Position numbers and translations under genes: made by a program. The notes beneath the pieces are model-generated. The model was not told the origin of the DNA. It saw nothing but the letters and a program-made list of their open reading frames with translations, and ran no database searches. From Phoronis australis (Eukaryota; Animalia; Phoronida), in assembly GCA_002633005.1 (NCBI GenBank), contig NMRA01000024.1:248001-312000 (forward strand): 64,000 nt of DNA, given 5' to 3'. Each line of letters opens with the position of its first letter. The stretch's first letter is position 1. Below, in pieces: positions 1 through 11,727 of this stretch.

Positions 1-207
1 ACTATACTCGGATCGCAGGCTGTCGTTCTCGAAGTAGTCCATAGAAACATGTTCGCTACATACTACCGAATACGGCGATGCTCCACTCGTGGACTTCGCA
101 AAGTCTTCTCACTTGCGACGTAGTCTTGGATCAGCGGGAAACTTGTGCAAAGATACCCCAGCACTTGGCGTATTGCCACAACCTCCAACTACACAACGGT
201 CTGGCAT
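1..207 (-). pseudogene. THAP zinc-finger N-terminus (transposase-like) with a premature stop; continues past the window edge
   Basis: Minus-strand ATG at 207 reads MPDRCVVGGCGNTPSAGVSLHKFPADPRLRRK*EDFAKSTSGASPYSVVCSEHVSMDYFE. This has the THAP C-x4-C, FP, W and CxxH motifs, but the conserved W is a TGA (111-109). Confidence 0.8.
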
Positions 208-590
208 TCTTCTTCAAATATTTACTCCAGTTTAAATCTAAAAATCCATCTAAATTTGAAAAATCAGAAGTTCTCCTCTTGGCCCACAGCAATGGACACT
301 GTGGACAGACTCGGCAGTGACCCAGTCACGTGCCCCCTTTCGGAACCGGTTGTGAGGTTTTTCCGAAGATAGCCGAAGTTGAAAATTTTGTGTTTTCAAT
401 TTTTTTTGGGAAATGGGAGCGTTTTTTAAACGAATTTTAAACGAATAATAGAAGAATATGGGACATGAAATAAAAAGAAATGTGGTTTATAAGTAAACTT
501 TATTAACAGTCAACACATGTTAACTACAACTAAATAGATTTGATTTTTAAACATTACTGCAGAAACAAAATATTTGCTGTCACGCCGCTG

Positions 591-1471
591 ACAAGGGCAA
601 CAAGAGAATCGCGGAGTGTTGAAAGGCGCCCACGAATGCACCGCAAACGGTGTGGTTATTTATTTCATAAAAATGGGCACTAGATGTTTCAAAAGCGTCC
701 AATCCACCCAAAAACGGGAACATGCTATCGCTTCTTTAATAGAAAGCTATTCATTTAATTTCATAAAATCTGTCAGGAACTGTAGAAAAACGATCGAAAG
801 CGAAAAAAAATGAAATTGTCACTAGGAGTCACAGCTTTCGTTGGATCCGCCTGAAAGTCGTCGTCTGTCAGCTTCATGTAAATAAACTTACTAAATTGAA
901 TAAGGATCCTGCGGTGGGTTTAGGAGATACAACTATGGACGCAAAACAAAACAAAACTACCACTAGGAGACGCCACAGTAGTCGAAGTCGTCATCATCAA
1001 CCGTCCTCTTCACACTTATAACATGTACGCCAATCTTCAAAATCATCCTTAGAATGGTTTGGTTGATAAAGGGGTGGACGCAAAAATGACCACTAAGTGC
1101 CGCAAAATACCTCAATTCTTTGAAAACGGGAGGACAGCGTCATCTGACCAATACATGCCTCGATTCCAAATTTTATAAAAATCCATTAAGGGCCTTAGAA
1201 TTAAGATGCAGGGGTAAACGTAAAAAAATAAAATTGCCACTAGGGGGTACACCGGTAGTCAGATCCGTCCGAACGTCGTGGTCGTCCGTTGTCAACATCA
1301 AATAAATACACTAGTTAAATTAGTAAAGATCCTGCAAACGGCTTAGGAGATACAGACACTATAGTCGAAGTCATCGGAAAATCAGCGGGGGACAGACGGA
1401 CGGAGGAACGGACGGACGGACGGGGATGGCGGCATAATGTGTCAACATATAAATAAGTGTGAGCATAAAAA
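591..1471 (+). mobile_element. Non-autonomous Helentron-like element (HINE/DINE-1 type)
   Basis: Begins ACAAG/AACAAG, has degenerate internal repeats (CCACTAGG(A/G)G...GTAGTC recurring at ~819, 960, 1237), a (GGAC)n microsatellite at ~1391-1422, and ends ...ATAAAAA. The family call rests on architecture only. Confidence 0.55.
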
Positions 1472-1677
1472 TTGTTCATAGTCCGCCATTTTCTTTCTTT
1501 GTTGTAAAGCTATTCAATGTCTGCTGAGTTTAAATCAACCAGTGACTATTAAAACGCGTGCTACTGAAAGATGTCTGCATGTTCTCTACCACCTAGCGGG
1601 CACTCAGGGAACCAGCGAGGTGTTGCCTTAGCCGGTGACGGTCTAAGAAGACTGTCGATGCGTAACAGCACGACGTG

Positions 1678-1830
1678 TCAACAGAGTAGATGTAGTTCAG
1701 ATAGTCATGCTTGGCCTTTTGTATTCAAGGAAGAGTGAAACACCGTTGAATCAACAGAGTAGATGTAGCTCAGATAATCATGCCTGGTCGTTGATACTTC
1801 AGTGGCGTGAAAACACGATACGTTGAATCT
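1678..1830. repeat. Two-copy ~73-bp tandem duplication
   Basis: TCAACAGAGTAGATGTAG(T/C)TCAGATA(G/A)TCATGC... occurs at 1678 and 1751; both copies end ...CGTTGAATC. Confidence 0.8.
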
Positions 1831-2364
1831 AATTTATCCGCTATGAACCATGTTCTGGTGTTAAAAAAACATGAACATTCTTCACACACATATTTGCTGT
1901 TCTAAAGCAACAAAATCGCGTTCTTATCCCCGGATTGTTGTAATGGGACAATGCTTCTCTACATCAACTTAGTCGCCGTCTGCCCTTGATGTCTCAAAAG
2001 CTGATGTAAACTCTAAGTAGTGTGGTACACAAAGATTATCACATTACCGATGTAGTGTGCAGAGCAATAAAATACTGTCTAAAATAAATTGGAATGTCAA
2101 GGACAGAAACTGGTATTTTTAACGTGTTTGGTTTCTGAAATTGAATTCCTCAAGAAAAGTTACTGTAGATTCACCTTCTTTCGCGGAAGAAATACGAATC
2201 AGCCAAAACGCTGCAATGGGTTTTTATAACTTGACAACAGCTTTGAGTCTATCCGTGTTTACATAATGTACTCATTCAGCGTGGTAGATTATCGGCGTTT
2301 GCCTCGAGTGACATCGAGTTACGATCCTGGTGATTAACAAAAAATGAAAGCGCTCTGTGGAGCG

Positions 2365-2675
2365 AAACTTGGCGAAATTAACCAAAAAGATGACGATAAA
2401 GATGATGACGAAGATGACGAATATGACGACGATGGTGGCGAGGATGAACAAAAGAACTAATAATAACATACACATGACGGACGTAGAAGTCTGAAATCAG
2501 TAAGAAAAAGGAAAAGGCTACAGTCTTGTGCGACACTTGGCGAAATTAACGGAAAAGACAACGACGGAGATGATGACGAATATGATGATGGTGGTGGCGA
2601 TGATGAACAACATCACAACATTCATATGATGAACTTAGATGTCACAAATCAATAAGAAATGGGCTACAGTCTAGT
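2365..2675 (+). repeat. Two-copy ~170-bp tandem duplication containing GAT/GAC-rich (Asp/Glu-coding-like) tracts
   Basis: ACTTGGCGAAATTAAC...GATGATGACGAA...GATGAACAA at ~2367 and ~2535; both copies are followed by AAATCA(G/A)TAAGAAA...GGCTACAGTCT. Confidence 0.75.
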
Positions 2676-2704
2676 TCAATAGAAGATAAATCAACATCAA
2701 TGCA

Positions 2705-3545
2705 GCAAGAGCGCTCAACAAAGGAACAGCGTTATCAGAAAATCTCAAATAACTCAAAAAGTAGACGTCCTAGCGAAAAATGAAAAACATCTTCTGAAAG
2801 CCCATTCAAAATTCTATGTTAAGTGATGGTATCGCCTAATTCCGTAAATGTTTCGAAAAAAATGAAATTTTGCGTATTTTTAAGAAATTCAAAGTCATAT
2901 AACTCGAAAACGGTAAGTCTGAGAAAAAAATTGTTCCTGGCCATTTGAAAGAATATACTACAAAGAATCTACATGCAAAAAATCACGTCTTTTTTTCTTC
3001 CCGTTTAAAATCGCACTCCAGACGACTGGAAATGGGTCAACATGCGCCAGATCCGCCATCTTGAAAGCAACCTCCGGTTTTTCGGCTTTGTATAATAGCA
3101 TGTTATAAGAAACTAATACCTGTAAAAATTCGAAGGAATTGGTCTTATAATGCGCCCTCTAGAGGAGAAAACGTTTTAAGGCCAAATTCGAGGTGCGCAT
3201 GCGCGATCACCGATATTTCCGCCATCTTTAACCGGAAGTAAACAATTTCCGCTATACTTGTAGCAAACTTCCGGTCCAATAACTGTGCCGATTCTTAGCC
3301 TTTTACGTAAAAAATTGTAGCCTCCAAAAGCATTTGAACCTTTAAATGGAAACAAAATGGCCGCTACAGCCGCCATCTTTTTTGATCTGATTTTGACGAA
3401 AAACTATAAGCTTCCAGTACTTCCGGAAGTACGTGTTATGTGTAAATTTCGTGATGATCGGACGAGAATTGCGACCTGTATCGTTCGAACAAAAAAAAAC
3501 TTAGTGGAAGAGCAACATACATGTACGTCGCCAAGTAAAGATTGC
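2705..3545 (+). mobile_element. Probable second HINE-like non-autonomous element
   Basis: Contains motifs typical of such invertebrate repeats (ATAACTC(A/G)AAAA, AAATTTCGTGATGATCGGACGAGAATTGCGACCTGTA, CCGCCATCTT). No ORF. Confidence 0.4.
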
Positions 3546-5932
3546 TATCAGGCGTCTGAAAATCGGTGTTGTCTGGACTAATGAGTACGTTGCAATGTAA
3601 CTACATGTCAGTGGTATCATTCATTGACTCTGATATTTGAGCAGTGAATGATCCCGACTGAAGGTCGAGCAGCAGCCTATCACAAGATAGCTAGCGACCG
3701 ATAAACGCGCCACGCAGTGGCGAGATTGAGAATATAGTGATATAAGCAGTAGATTTCAGTCGGAATACTGGGATAAGAGTTGCATATTGCTTTTATTAAA
3801 AATATAGGGTATGAGAAATAATTGTTCTAAAATGACCGAGATATGGTCCCGTACTCCATACGATTCCTTCAATGACAGCACGGCCACCGGGATTCGTTGA
3901 CCATTAACTACCGAAACCCGTATGAAAGTTCAGCAACTTCTGTGTTTACACCGACGCTCCTCTTATATGGGAGTTGAGTTCATATAAAAGGGTGTTTAGA
4001 AAGACCCTACAAAGAAGAAAGTAAGTCTCATCTAGGAATAAATTGTCTTTGAACAGTTTTTAAAGCCCACGCTTCGTCGCAAGTTTCGTTCAATATAGAA
4101 ATAGTTGCTTTAAATTGTCAGTGTTTTTGAGGATGCGTTATCGTAGTAAATCAACATTTTGTGTGACGCATTTATGTTCAGACAGTCATCTACACTTCAA
4201 TGTTTTGAGCAAAATAATAATTCGGTCTGCTGAGTGTCAATGTGCTCATTGAAGTTTGGTTAAAGCTAAACAATAGCCTAGATGTTTTATGACAAGCCAC
4301 AAAGCAGGTTCGAGCTCACGGCCTCAACGGCCGTAGACCGACGCTATGGTAGCGGAAAGCATAGTATTTTAAAGAGGTATGGATCGCGAAAACTCGTAAA
4401 AATACCTTTTCAAAGGATACAAAACCCGGTTTTGGCCTATTGACAGATCCTAAAAACGACTTTCCTATCCAGTTCTCCGAAATAAAGTATTGCTCTGTAA
4501 CCCTCGAAAACCCTCAAAAGTGTGGAGGAAATTTTGAAAACTCCTTTGAAAGTCTGCTAAACGATCATGCGTGACTTACGCTTTTGGCGAATTACGTCAC
4601 GGCAACTGTGGGAACAGACCACCTACCAAGAAACGACCACGAGTGTTGCGCCACCGCAACCACTCAGACAACGGTCTATCAACGTACGTTTTGGAAATTC
4701 TCAGTAGAAAATGTTTGTCAGATTTGATAGGTAGATCTGTCACTGTATGACTTTTCAGATGTTTGAATTAGCCAGGGTGTAGCAAACCATGCGTATTTCT
4801 TAACACTTTAGAGAGTTTTGGCTACACGTTAAACAAGAACGAGAACGTTTGAGGTCAGCATTCTTTGCTTACTACGTCACAATTTTGACTTACATTTTTG
4901 CGTCTTGTCACACGGTGTGAAACAACGCAAAGGCCGCTGACCTCACGTATATGAAAAATGTGAATTTTAAGTGACAATTAATCAAAGATGGTTAGTTGTA
5001 TGCATGTTTTTTAGAAAGTTTAGTTATCAAAGAGATGGTGCAGCGCGTAGTGCACGTGTCTTACTCGGTTGATTGTTTGAAATTTGACCTTTGTCCTGTG
5101 TCCTTCACGTTGCTCGGCTATTCACGGAAAAGTCACAGAAGTTGGGTGGTAATAAGTGACATGGAAATACCTATATTTCATTGAGCCTTTTTCAAAGCCG
5201 TGAAGGTATTTGGTGACTGTTGACAAGATAAGCATACGTAGTGAGACTGGTGCAATTTTGTGGGTTGCTAAATATTAAAAATGATTCCATATAAAAACCA
5301 TATGAAAATGAAAAATCATTATATACTCAAAATTCATACAGAGCTAATATTTTGTGCATGTGTTGGGATGCTGGCCCAAAGTACACTGCTGCAATATTTG
5401 CACTCAACGACCGAGATATGACCTATTTGTCTATAAAGGCATATTTTGCATTTTTTCATGTCAGTAAAACGGCAAAAGATCAAACTTGGAAAACTGGTGA
5501 CAAAGTTTGACATTAATGGTCATAAAGATTCATGTAAGCTTAGTAAGAAAATGAAATTTGAAATTCATAGGTACATTTAAATTTCCAGCAGAGGAGAAAA
5601 CTTCGAAACCACTTTTCAGGCCAGTCCCAAGTGGCAAGATCTGAATATACTTGAAGTTGAAATTCTTTGTATAGACACTTCTAAGACTGATCTTTGATAA
5701 TTGCTTTTAAAAAATCTTGTCTCTTATATATTCAGTGCTAAACGTGGCCCTCGAATTTGGGCATTTTTGTGATGTGACCTTACTGACAAGAGAATTGAGG
5801 CTACTCTTTTAGTTCAGAGATGTCACCTAAAATATATGATCTAATATTAACAATGCAATATCACAAAAATTTAAGTTTCACTTTTGAGACCCCAATTTTC
5901 TGAAACACTCTGTTTAAGTTTACCAATAGCGC

Positions 5933-6572
5933 TTTAGGGTTCGAAATTACATGCACTTCCTGTCACTGCAAAGAATAGGGAAGAATTTCCATCTTGTATC
6001 TTTGGTCAATTTTCGTTACAAAAGGGTGATCGCGGAGGAAATGTGGGCTTCATTAGCTGTGTTAAAGACGTCAGAAGTCATCTGAGGTCGTGCAAAGTGC
6101 CACAGAAGTGTGAAAGTATATTGGAATTACAGTTGATTCTTGCCAGAGCTGAAGAGAGGAGGCTGGACTGGCAAACCAATGGAAATGCGCCGTTATATGT
6201 TTTACACATCGACATGAGTTTGGACTTGGCTTTAGACAAAAATTGACGTAAAAAATCAATAAATCCATCCGAACTAATTTTTCTTGTATGTTATTCTTTC
6301 TTTTTTCTGCTATATAGTTATTTTTTCAATAGCGTGAAGCGATGATGTGTTGTTGCTTACAAAATGTCACCTACTTCCCAGTACTTTTATTTGCTATTTT
6401 TCAGAAAAAGTACAAAGTGGTCGTAAAAAGGTTTAAAAAAACTTAGAAACTCTTAAAAAATCAGGCTCAGATTTCTTTTGACAAGGCCAGCTGATGTGCT
6501 AAGTTTCAAAAAAAAATTTGTGATTTTGCATATACAGCCCACCTTCTGGTTTTTATGTGGCATTGCTCTTAA
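5933..6572 (+). mobile_element. Sola-like DNA transposon relic
   Basis: 6043-6240 encodes CVKDVRSHL...ELQLILARA and, after a frameshift, IC..HRHEFGLGF, resembling the Cys/His N-terminus of Sola-type transposases. The right end is ...GCATTGCTC|TTAA (CTC terminus with TTAA, as in Sola3). The left TIR was not found. Confidence 0.4.
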
Positions 6573-7157
6573 AGCTTTCGAAATGATCCTAATACACTCT
6601 GAACCTTTCGTAGGCTTCTTGGCGTTTTGACAGACCAGTAAGCAATCTATCAGTGACTTTTAAGAACACTTTGAACACTCGGAATTTGGGATTCAACAAC
6701 TGAGTCGAGATTACCGGAACAACATAGCTACTGTTACTGATTTCGGTTTGGTTTGCTTTCTCTGTTTGTTCCATGCGCAGCCAGTCACTCCCAAAATAAT
6801 TCCCGAAGTTCACAATCAGCTAAGACCTCCTGAAGTGACCTTTTGACACATCATCAAAATATTAAAGTTGTTTTTGAAAGTATATTCAAGTAAAACTTTT
6901 AAGTTTTTAAACGTATGCTACACGTCGTGTCGCAGCTGCGTCGTTACTCGAGGGGCCTTTACTCCGGAGGTTAATTACAGTACTTCGAAACTTTTACTGT
7001 CACAGTATCGACCAATTCGGCGTAGTTGCAACTGTGTGTTCTTACTCCGAGTGGCCTATGCTAAGATTAATCATTTCATTTCGCATGAATGAGTCTTCAC
7101 AGCCCTGCTAACTCTACGCTTTATTTTGTACGTCGACAGGTACAAGGCCTGTTTGAT

Positions 7158-7452
7158 CATGGGCTCACCCCCCCCCCCCCNCCCCCCCCCCCCCGGGGGG
7201 GGCTCGGGGGCTCGAATGATTTCCCCCCAATTTGGCGAATTGGGGAAAAAGGACCGCCTCAGTGAAACAAAAAGTCCGAGTAAACAAGACAAAAGTTACC
7301 AAAATCCACGGGAACTTGGCGCAGATGCACAATTCCTCGGCCTGAACCTCGTAATGGCCCTTTTTTCTTAGTCCTCGTTGTTTTCCTCCAGTAAAAGGTC
7401 CGCATGTCAAAAAATTCGACACCTCCTATATTTTAGGCTGGGTGCGGCCATG
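7158..7452 (+). mobile_element. MITE with CATG termini and 5-bp TSD (hAT5-like)
   Basis: TTGAT|CATGGGCTCACCC...GGGTGCGGCCATG|TTGAT. The core AAAAAGG(A/T)CCGCCTC...AAAAAGTCCG is shared with copies at 13160, 61534 and 63470. Confidence 0.75.
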
Positions 7453-7503
7453 TTGATTCATCTAAAAAATTTGGGGCCCGTGTGCTGGTCCTTGGTTCTT
7501 AAC

Positions 7504-7720
7504 CAGTGTTGCCTGGGTGACGAGACTACTATTGTTGTCTAAATGGGTGAACGTTATGCTGTTAATTTACGTAAAAGTGTAAAATAAATATTTAGAGGCG
7601 TCAGTGAAGTAATTGTTTGCAAGTAATAACTTTACGCCTCTAAATATTTACTTTACGCCTTTTCGTAATTTAACGGGGTAACGTTCTCCCATTTGGCCAA
7701 CGATACCTTGGGCAACGCTG
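7504..7720. mobile_element. Palindromic ~217-bp MITE (hAT-like CAG ends)
   Basis: CAGTGTTGCC... / ...GGCAACGCTG. The arms pair over nearly the whole length (AAATGGGTGAACGTTA with TAACGTTCTCCCATTT; TAAATATTTAGAGGCGT with ACGCCTCTAAATATTTA). Confidence 0.7.
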
Positions 7721-8209
7721 TTCCTCGGATTAGAGCACTCTCCTTTGTCCGGGACGTATAGGAGCTACGTTCAAATGCCAAAAGGTGGTTGACTGCGCCT
7801 ACGTGCGCCTACACACCACTACAGAACTGCTCTCATCAAGATGTCGAAAAGGCGAAGAACTTCACATCACGTTTCCACGGCGGGGTCATTTGTCCAGTTT
7901 ACAGGGCCCTCAAAACATCCGAGGGTGAATGGTGCCTGTGGCTTTTGAGAAGGGTATTTGGTATTTTTTGGGTTAGGGGAATATTCTACCTCCCGATTAC
8001 TACCAACAGCACGTACCCCCCACCCTGTCATTGCGAACCCTCAAGTAGCCAAAACCAACAATTTGCGCTCTTTCAAACTGTCACCTGTGTAAGTTACAAA
8101 TGATTCGAAGCTCGAGGACATTTTTGAATCACATGAGGGAAATTTTTAAGCCTCATGAGGCAGAAAGGAATGGTGCCGCTATTCGCCCACAAATCAGGGT
8201 ATTGGGGGC

Positions 8210-8643
8210 CCAGTGGCCTGTTGAATGAAATAGTCCCTATTAGGGACTAAACTATGTTCCCTAAGTGTTTTGCATATTTGTTTCGTTTATAATTCACATA
8301 CGTAATCTTTTGTATCATTTTATATTTGTTACGAACTCCTCTTTGACTAATGACATTTTCTAATAATATTACTAAAAACAGAGTCCTTAATTTAATATAA
8401 GCAATTAAGGACTTAGTTCTTAAATTAGGAGGGTTGCATGAAAAGGTCCCTATTTATTTTCACTAATACTGAGAATTCGACGTAGAGGCCACTCTCGATT
8501 TGTATAAAAGCCAAGAAATTGGCCTAGTAATGATACTCAAACAGCAGAAGAAATGACAATCAGTGTTTTCACAAGCCCACAAATACACAGTAAATTTAGG
8601 GAACTTGGTTGAGTTCCTATTTCAACTGTTTTATGCAACCGTG
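8210..8643. repeat. Interspersed repeat (probable MITE) with an inverted related copy at ~29660-29830
   Basis: TTAAGGACTTAGTTCTTAAATT...GTTGCATGAAAAGGTCCCTA (8405-8451) matches the reverse complement of TAGGGATCTTTTCATGCAAC...TTTAAGGACTGAGTCCTTAA (29691-29738). Confidence 0.6.
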
Positions 8644-8739
8644 CACTATTTTATCAACCATTTTCAGGTCGGGTTGTAGCCCAAAGCACAGAAGTAATAG
8701 TTGTTAGCATTGGAAGGACGAATAGGGTAATTCCGCCTC

Positions 8740-9470
8740 GAAAAAGTTGCAAACAGACTACAACAAAGAGCATGTCAAACTCCATGTAAGAAACTTTGCC
8801 TCCCTCTACTTCAAGACATCTTTTAAATCTCAACTGCAAGTTTTACTACAAATTCCTCAATTCTCAGCTTCCTAAGTATTTTTACATTAAAAACCCCATC
8901 CAATGTAAACCAACCAGACACATTAAAACTCCTACATACCTGAATCAATACTCAGGTGCTATTCCGACAATACAACAATAAATTTCAATTCCCCATCCAA
9001 CAAATTGTCGTCAAGAGCCTGTATCAGATTTGAAATTCCTCGCCTTATAAACAACAACAACGAAATACCAGTCTCTGCTTTAAATATAAACACACTCTTT
9101 GCAAGCATTCTCCATGTCCTCAACCAATTATATAATTAGCAACTATGATCCAATCTGTCATATTTCCAATATTGCTTCATATGTAACAGTATCTAATTGT
9201 GTTCCCAAAATCTCCTGAGCTGTGCCAGTCCACTTCTTGGTTCCTGGCGTGTCCGTCGTTTCAGCGCTAATTCATTTTCTTTTCTTAAGTATATCTCGTA
9301 ATTTTGTAATTTCCTCTTGTGGCTTATTCACTTATTCCTGCCGATTTTTGTTAGTATTATATTTACTTGTTTTTGTACATGGGACCTTCTAATTAGCGGT
9401 CGAAAACCTTTAGAAAACCTAATTTAAATCATTTAATCATTGTGTTTATATGTCTTAATGTAAATAAAAG
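8740..9470 (+). mobile_element. 5'-truncated CR1-group LINE (Crack/L2-like) 3' end, degenerate
   Basis: Frameshifted ORF2 C-terminal motifs KFYYKFLNSQLPKYF, RFEIPRLINN, HSLQAFS and YDPICHIS/CFICN, then a 3' UTR ending AATAAA at ~9463. Confidence 0.65.
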
Positions 9471-9699
9471 TGGCTCTCTCTCTTCCTCTCGCCCCTTCCC
9501 CTTCACCCCTTCCCCCTCTCCCCCGTCCGCTCCCCGGGGAGGTGAATACGCACAACAATATCACATGGCCGTATTAGACTCTACTGATTCAACGTGAGAA
9601 AATCCTGAATGGCCCCAGCGGTGGATCCATTAATTAACCTTTCAGATCAATGACAAATCAAGTGTTAGTTCCGGTAGTCTCTGCCTCACCAGGACCTAG

Positions 9700-10188
9700 G
9701 CTATGCTTGATGTTACATTCTTGATCAACAAATTAAACCAGATGTGACTAATTGCACATGACAGAAAAATGCGACGAGCCACCCCTGTCGAGTATATCTT
9801 CAACTCGTCAACAATACGGGCAGATGATCTCTTTCGCGTAGAAAGCATTTTTATCAACAATTTACAAGAACAAACGTAATCCTGTATTCAGCATAAAACC
9901 TAATCCGTAACACTACGAGCGCAGCAATTTGGTCGTTTTTACTTTTCATGTTTCAAACCTAGTTTTCCGAAAAAATAAAGCCTTTCGTCAGATAACTCTT
10001 GCTGCATTGACATGTTCTCTAATCTATTTTTCTACGTCTCTGTGGTTAATTTTTGACACATTTTTAAGATTTAATATCCAGGTTGGAGACGAAAGACCGG
10101 CCATTTACCTCTCGCAATGTCAAATTTCCGCTTTTGTTTATCACAGTGAGCCTCGCTTTGGATTTTAATGTCTGCCGCGTGAACTAGG
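9700..10188 (+). repeat. ~490-bp interspersed repeat, copy 1 (copy 2 at 29868-30341, same orientation)
   Basis: Long collinear match, e.g. TTCTTGATCAACAAATT(A/C)AACCAGATGTGACTAATTGCACATGACA. Both copies end CGTGAA(C/T)TAGGTCTA. Confidence 0.85.
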
Positions 10189-10934
10189 TCTACAGCAAGG
10201 CGTCAGCGAGTGCTTGAAACGTAGAATTATCAGGGAGGAAAATGCCAGGGTAATAGACAAGACGACATTTAGAACTGGCTCGGAGAGAAGTAAGCGATGA
10301 AATCTCTGTACTCGGCTAAGATGTGTGTTCAAATTTCAAAGTAGCTGAGTTTTCTAAGCTGCGCTACAGCCAGAAAGCGGCGGGACGGCCGACAAGCGTT
10401 CTCTCAAGCAATGTCATTTCTAAAAATAACTCACGGTCTTAATTAATATTTGAGTATCACCTACAATCCTTTGTGATTCCTACGGATAACGAAGGGAAAT
10501 ATTTTAACGCACACAAATCGTCTCCCGAGTTCAAAATAACGCCGCTGCCAGAGCTGAATAAGTCAGTGTATCACTCAAGCAAACTTCAGGATTTATGACG
10601 GGGTTATTTACTTGTGTATCATGCACGTGATGAAGTTAATAAGGATCGTTTCTCGATCGCATTCCGCTATTAACTGTACGGTCGAAGCACACATAACTAG
10701 TAAAATTAAAAACATACAGTTAGTACCATATACTTGAGGTTCATGGCAATAGGGCCGCCCCGACCCTCGAATCTCGCTATATTTACTCACAATGCCGTAA
10801 ACATTCGTCAGGCACGTTTGCTGCCTCGTTTTCGAGCCACTGTAGTATCACACGTTATTTGTTGTTGTCTGATTCTTAACAAGTTTTTCTCGGTTGCATT
10901 ACTCTATTCGTTCTTCCTATGCTAACGAAGTATT

Positions 10935-11045
10935 AAGTGTTTTGTTGTGGGCTGCAACACCGGCGTGAAAAAGTTTTGTAAACTGGACAAACACCCGTGG
11001 ATACGTGATTTGAAATTGAAATTCTTTGCCTTACCCGAGACACGA
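10935..11045 (+). pseudogene. THAP-domain N-terminal fragment
   Basis: Reads KCFVVGCNTG...LKFFALPETR (C-x-V-x-G-C ... F-x-x-P). The nearest ATG (10919) is out of frame and the W/CxxH half is missing. Confidence 0.5.
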
Positions 11046-11215
11046 AATTGTGCCTGATTTCAAAAACTAGATCACGCACTTTCTTATCTCCTTAATAACG
11101 GCAAATATAAGTTATCTATAAATGCATACAAACATCTCCTGATGAGTGACAATATCTGACGAGTGGAGTTTTCAAATGCATAATCTATGCTGCTGTTACT
11201 GAGTGCCGAAGCTTG

Positions 11216-11727
11216 TCAGTTTGCGTTCTTTCCACAAATCGTCATGAAAAAATGCTTGGGAAATTATGCCTCGACATTTTTGTTCTCAATGCAGAGTAAA
11301 CAAACGTTATCAGATGATACATGCAAGGTTGGTTACATTTAATTCGACCGACATCACAACAGTCGCGTTTCAGATTACACTCTTTCCACGAATCGCCATG
11401 AAATTGCTTGAAAACTGTGCCTCGGAGTTGTTGTTCTCAATGCAGGGTAAAAGATTCGTTATCCGATAAATACATATGTACACAGACGTTCTTTTGTACT
11501 ACACAAGGTTGATTGCATTCAATTCAACTAACATTACAATAGTCGCGTTCCAGTTTGTGTTAGTTCCAAGAATCGTCATGAAAAAATGCTTGAAATACTA
11601 TTCCCAGAAATTGTTGTTCACAATCATATGCAGGGTACAGAATTTTTATCAGATAAATACAAGTGTACACAAGCGTTCTTTACTACTTTGTTGGTTACAT
11701 TTAATTCAACGGACTTAACAATAGTCA
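11216..11727. repeat. Degenerate tandem array, three copies of ~150-180 bp
   Basis: AATCG(T/C)CATGAAA...TGCTTG...TTGTTC(T/A)CAAT...GCAG(A/G)GTA...GTTG(G/A)TT(A/G)CATT(T/C)AATTC recurs at ~11237, 11391 and 11571. Confidence 0.8.

Noticed and set aside
109-111. TGA as selenocysteine or recoded Trp
   Set aside because: The position is Trp in THAP domains, not Cys, and TGA acts as an ordinary stop or decay mutation elsewhere in the window.
7167-7202. Long poly-C/poly-G run with an N as a G-quadruplex feature
   Set aside because: It is a homopolymer inside a MITE and contains an ambiguous base, so its length is unreliable.
11138-11170. Hammerhead ribozyme (CTGATGAG...); also 18955-18990
   Set aside because: No properly paired stem II followed by GAAA, and no stems I/III found.
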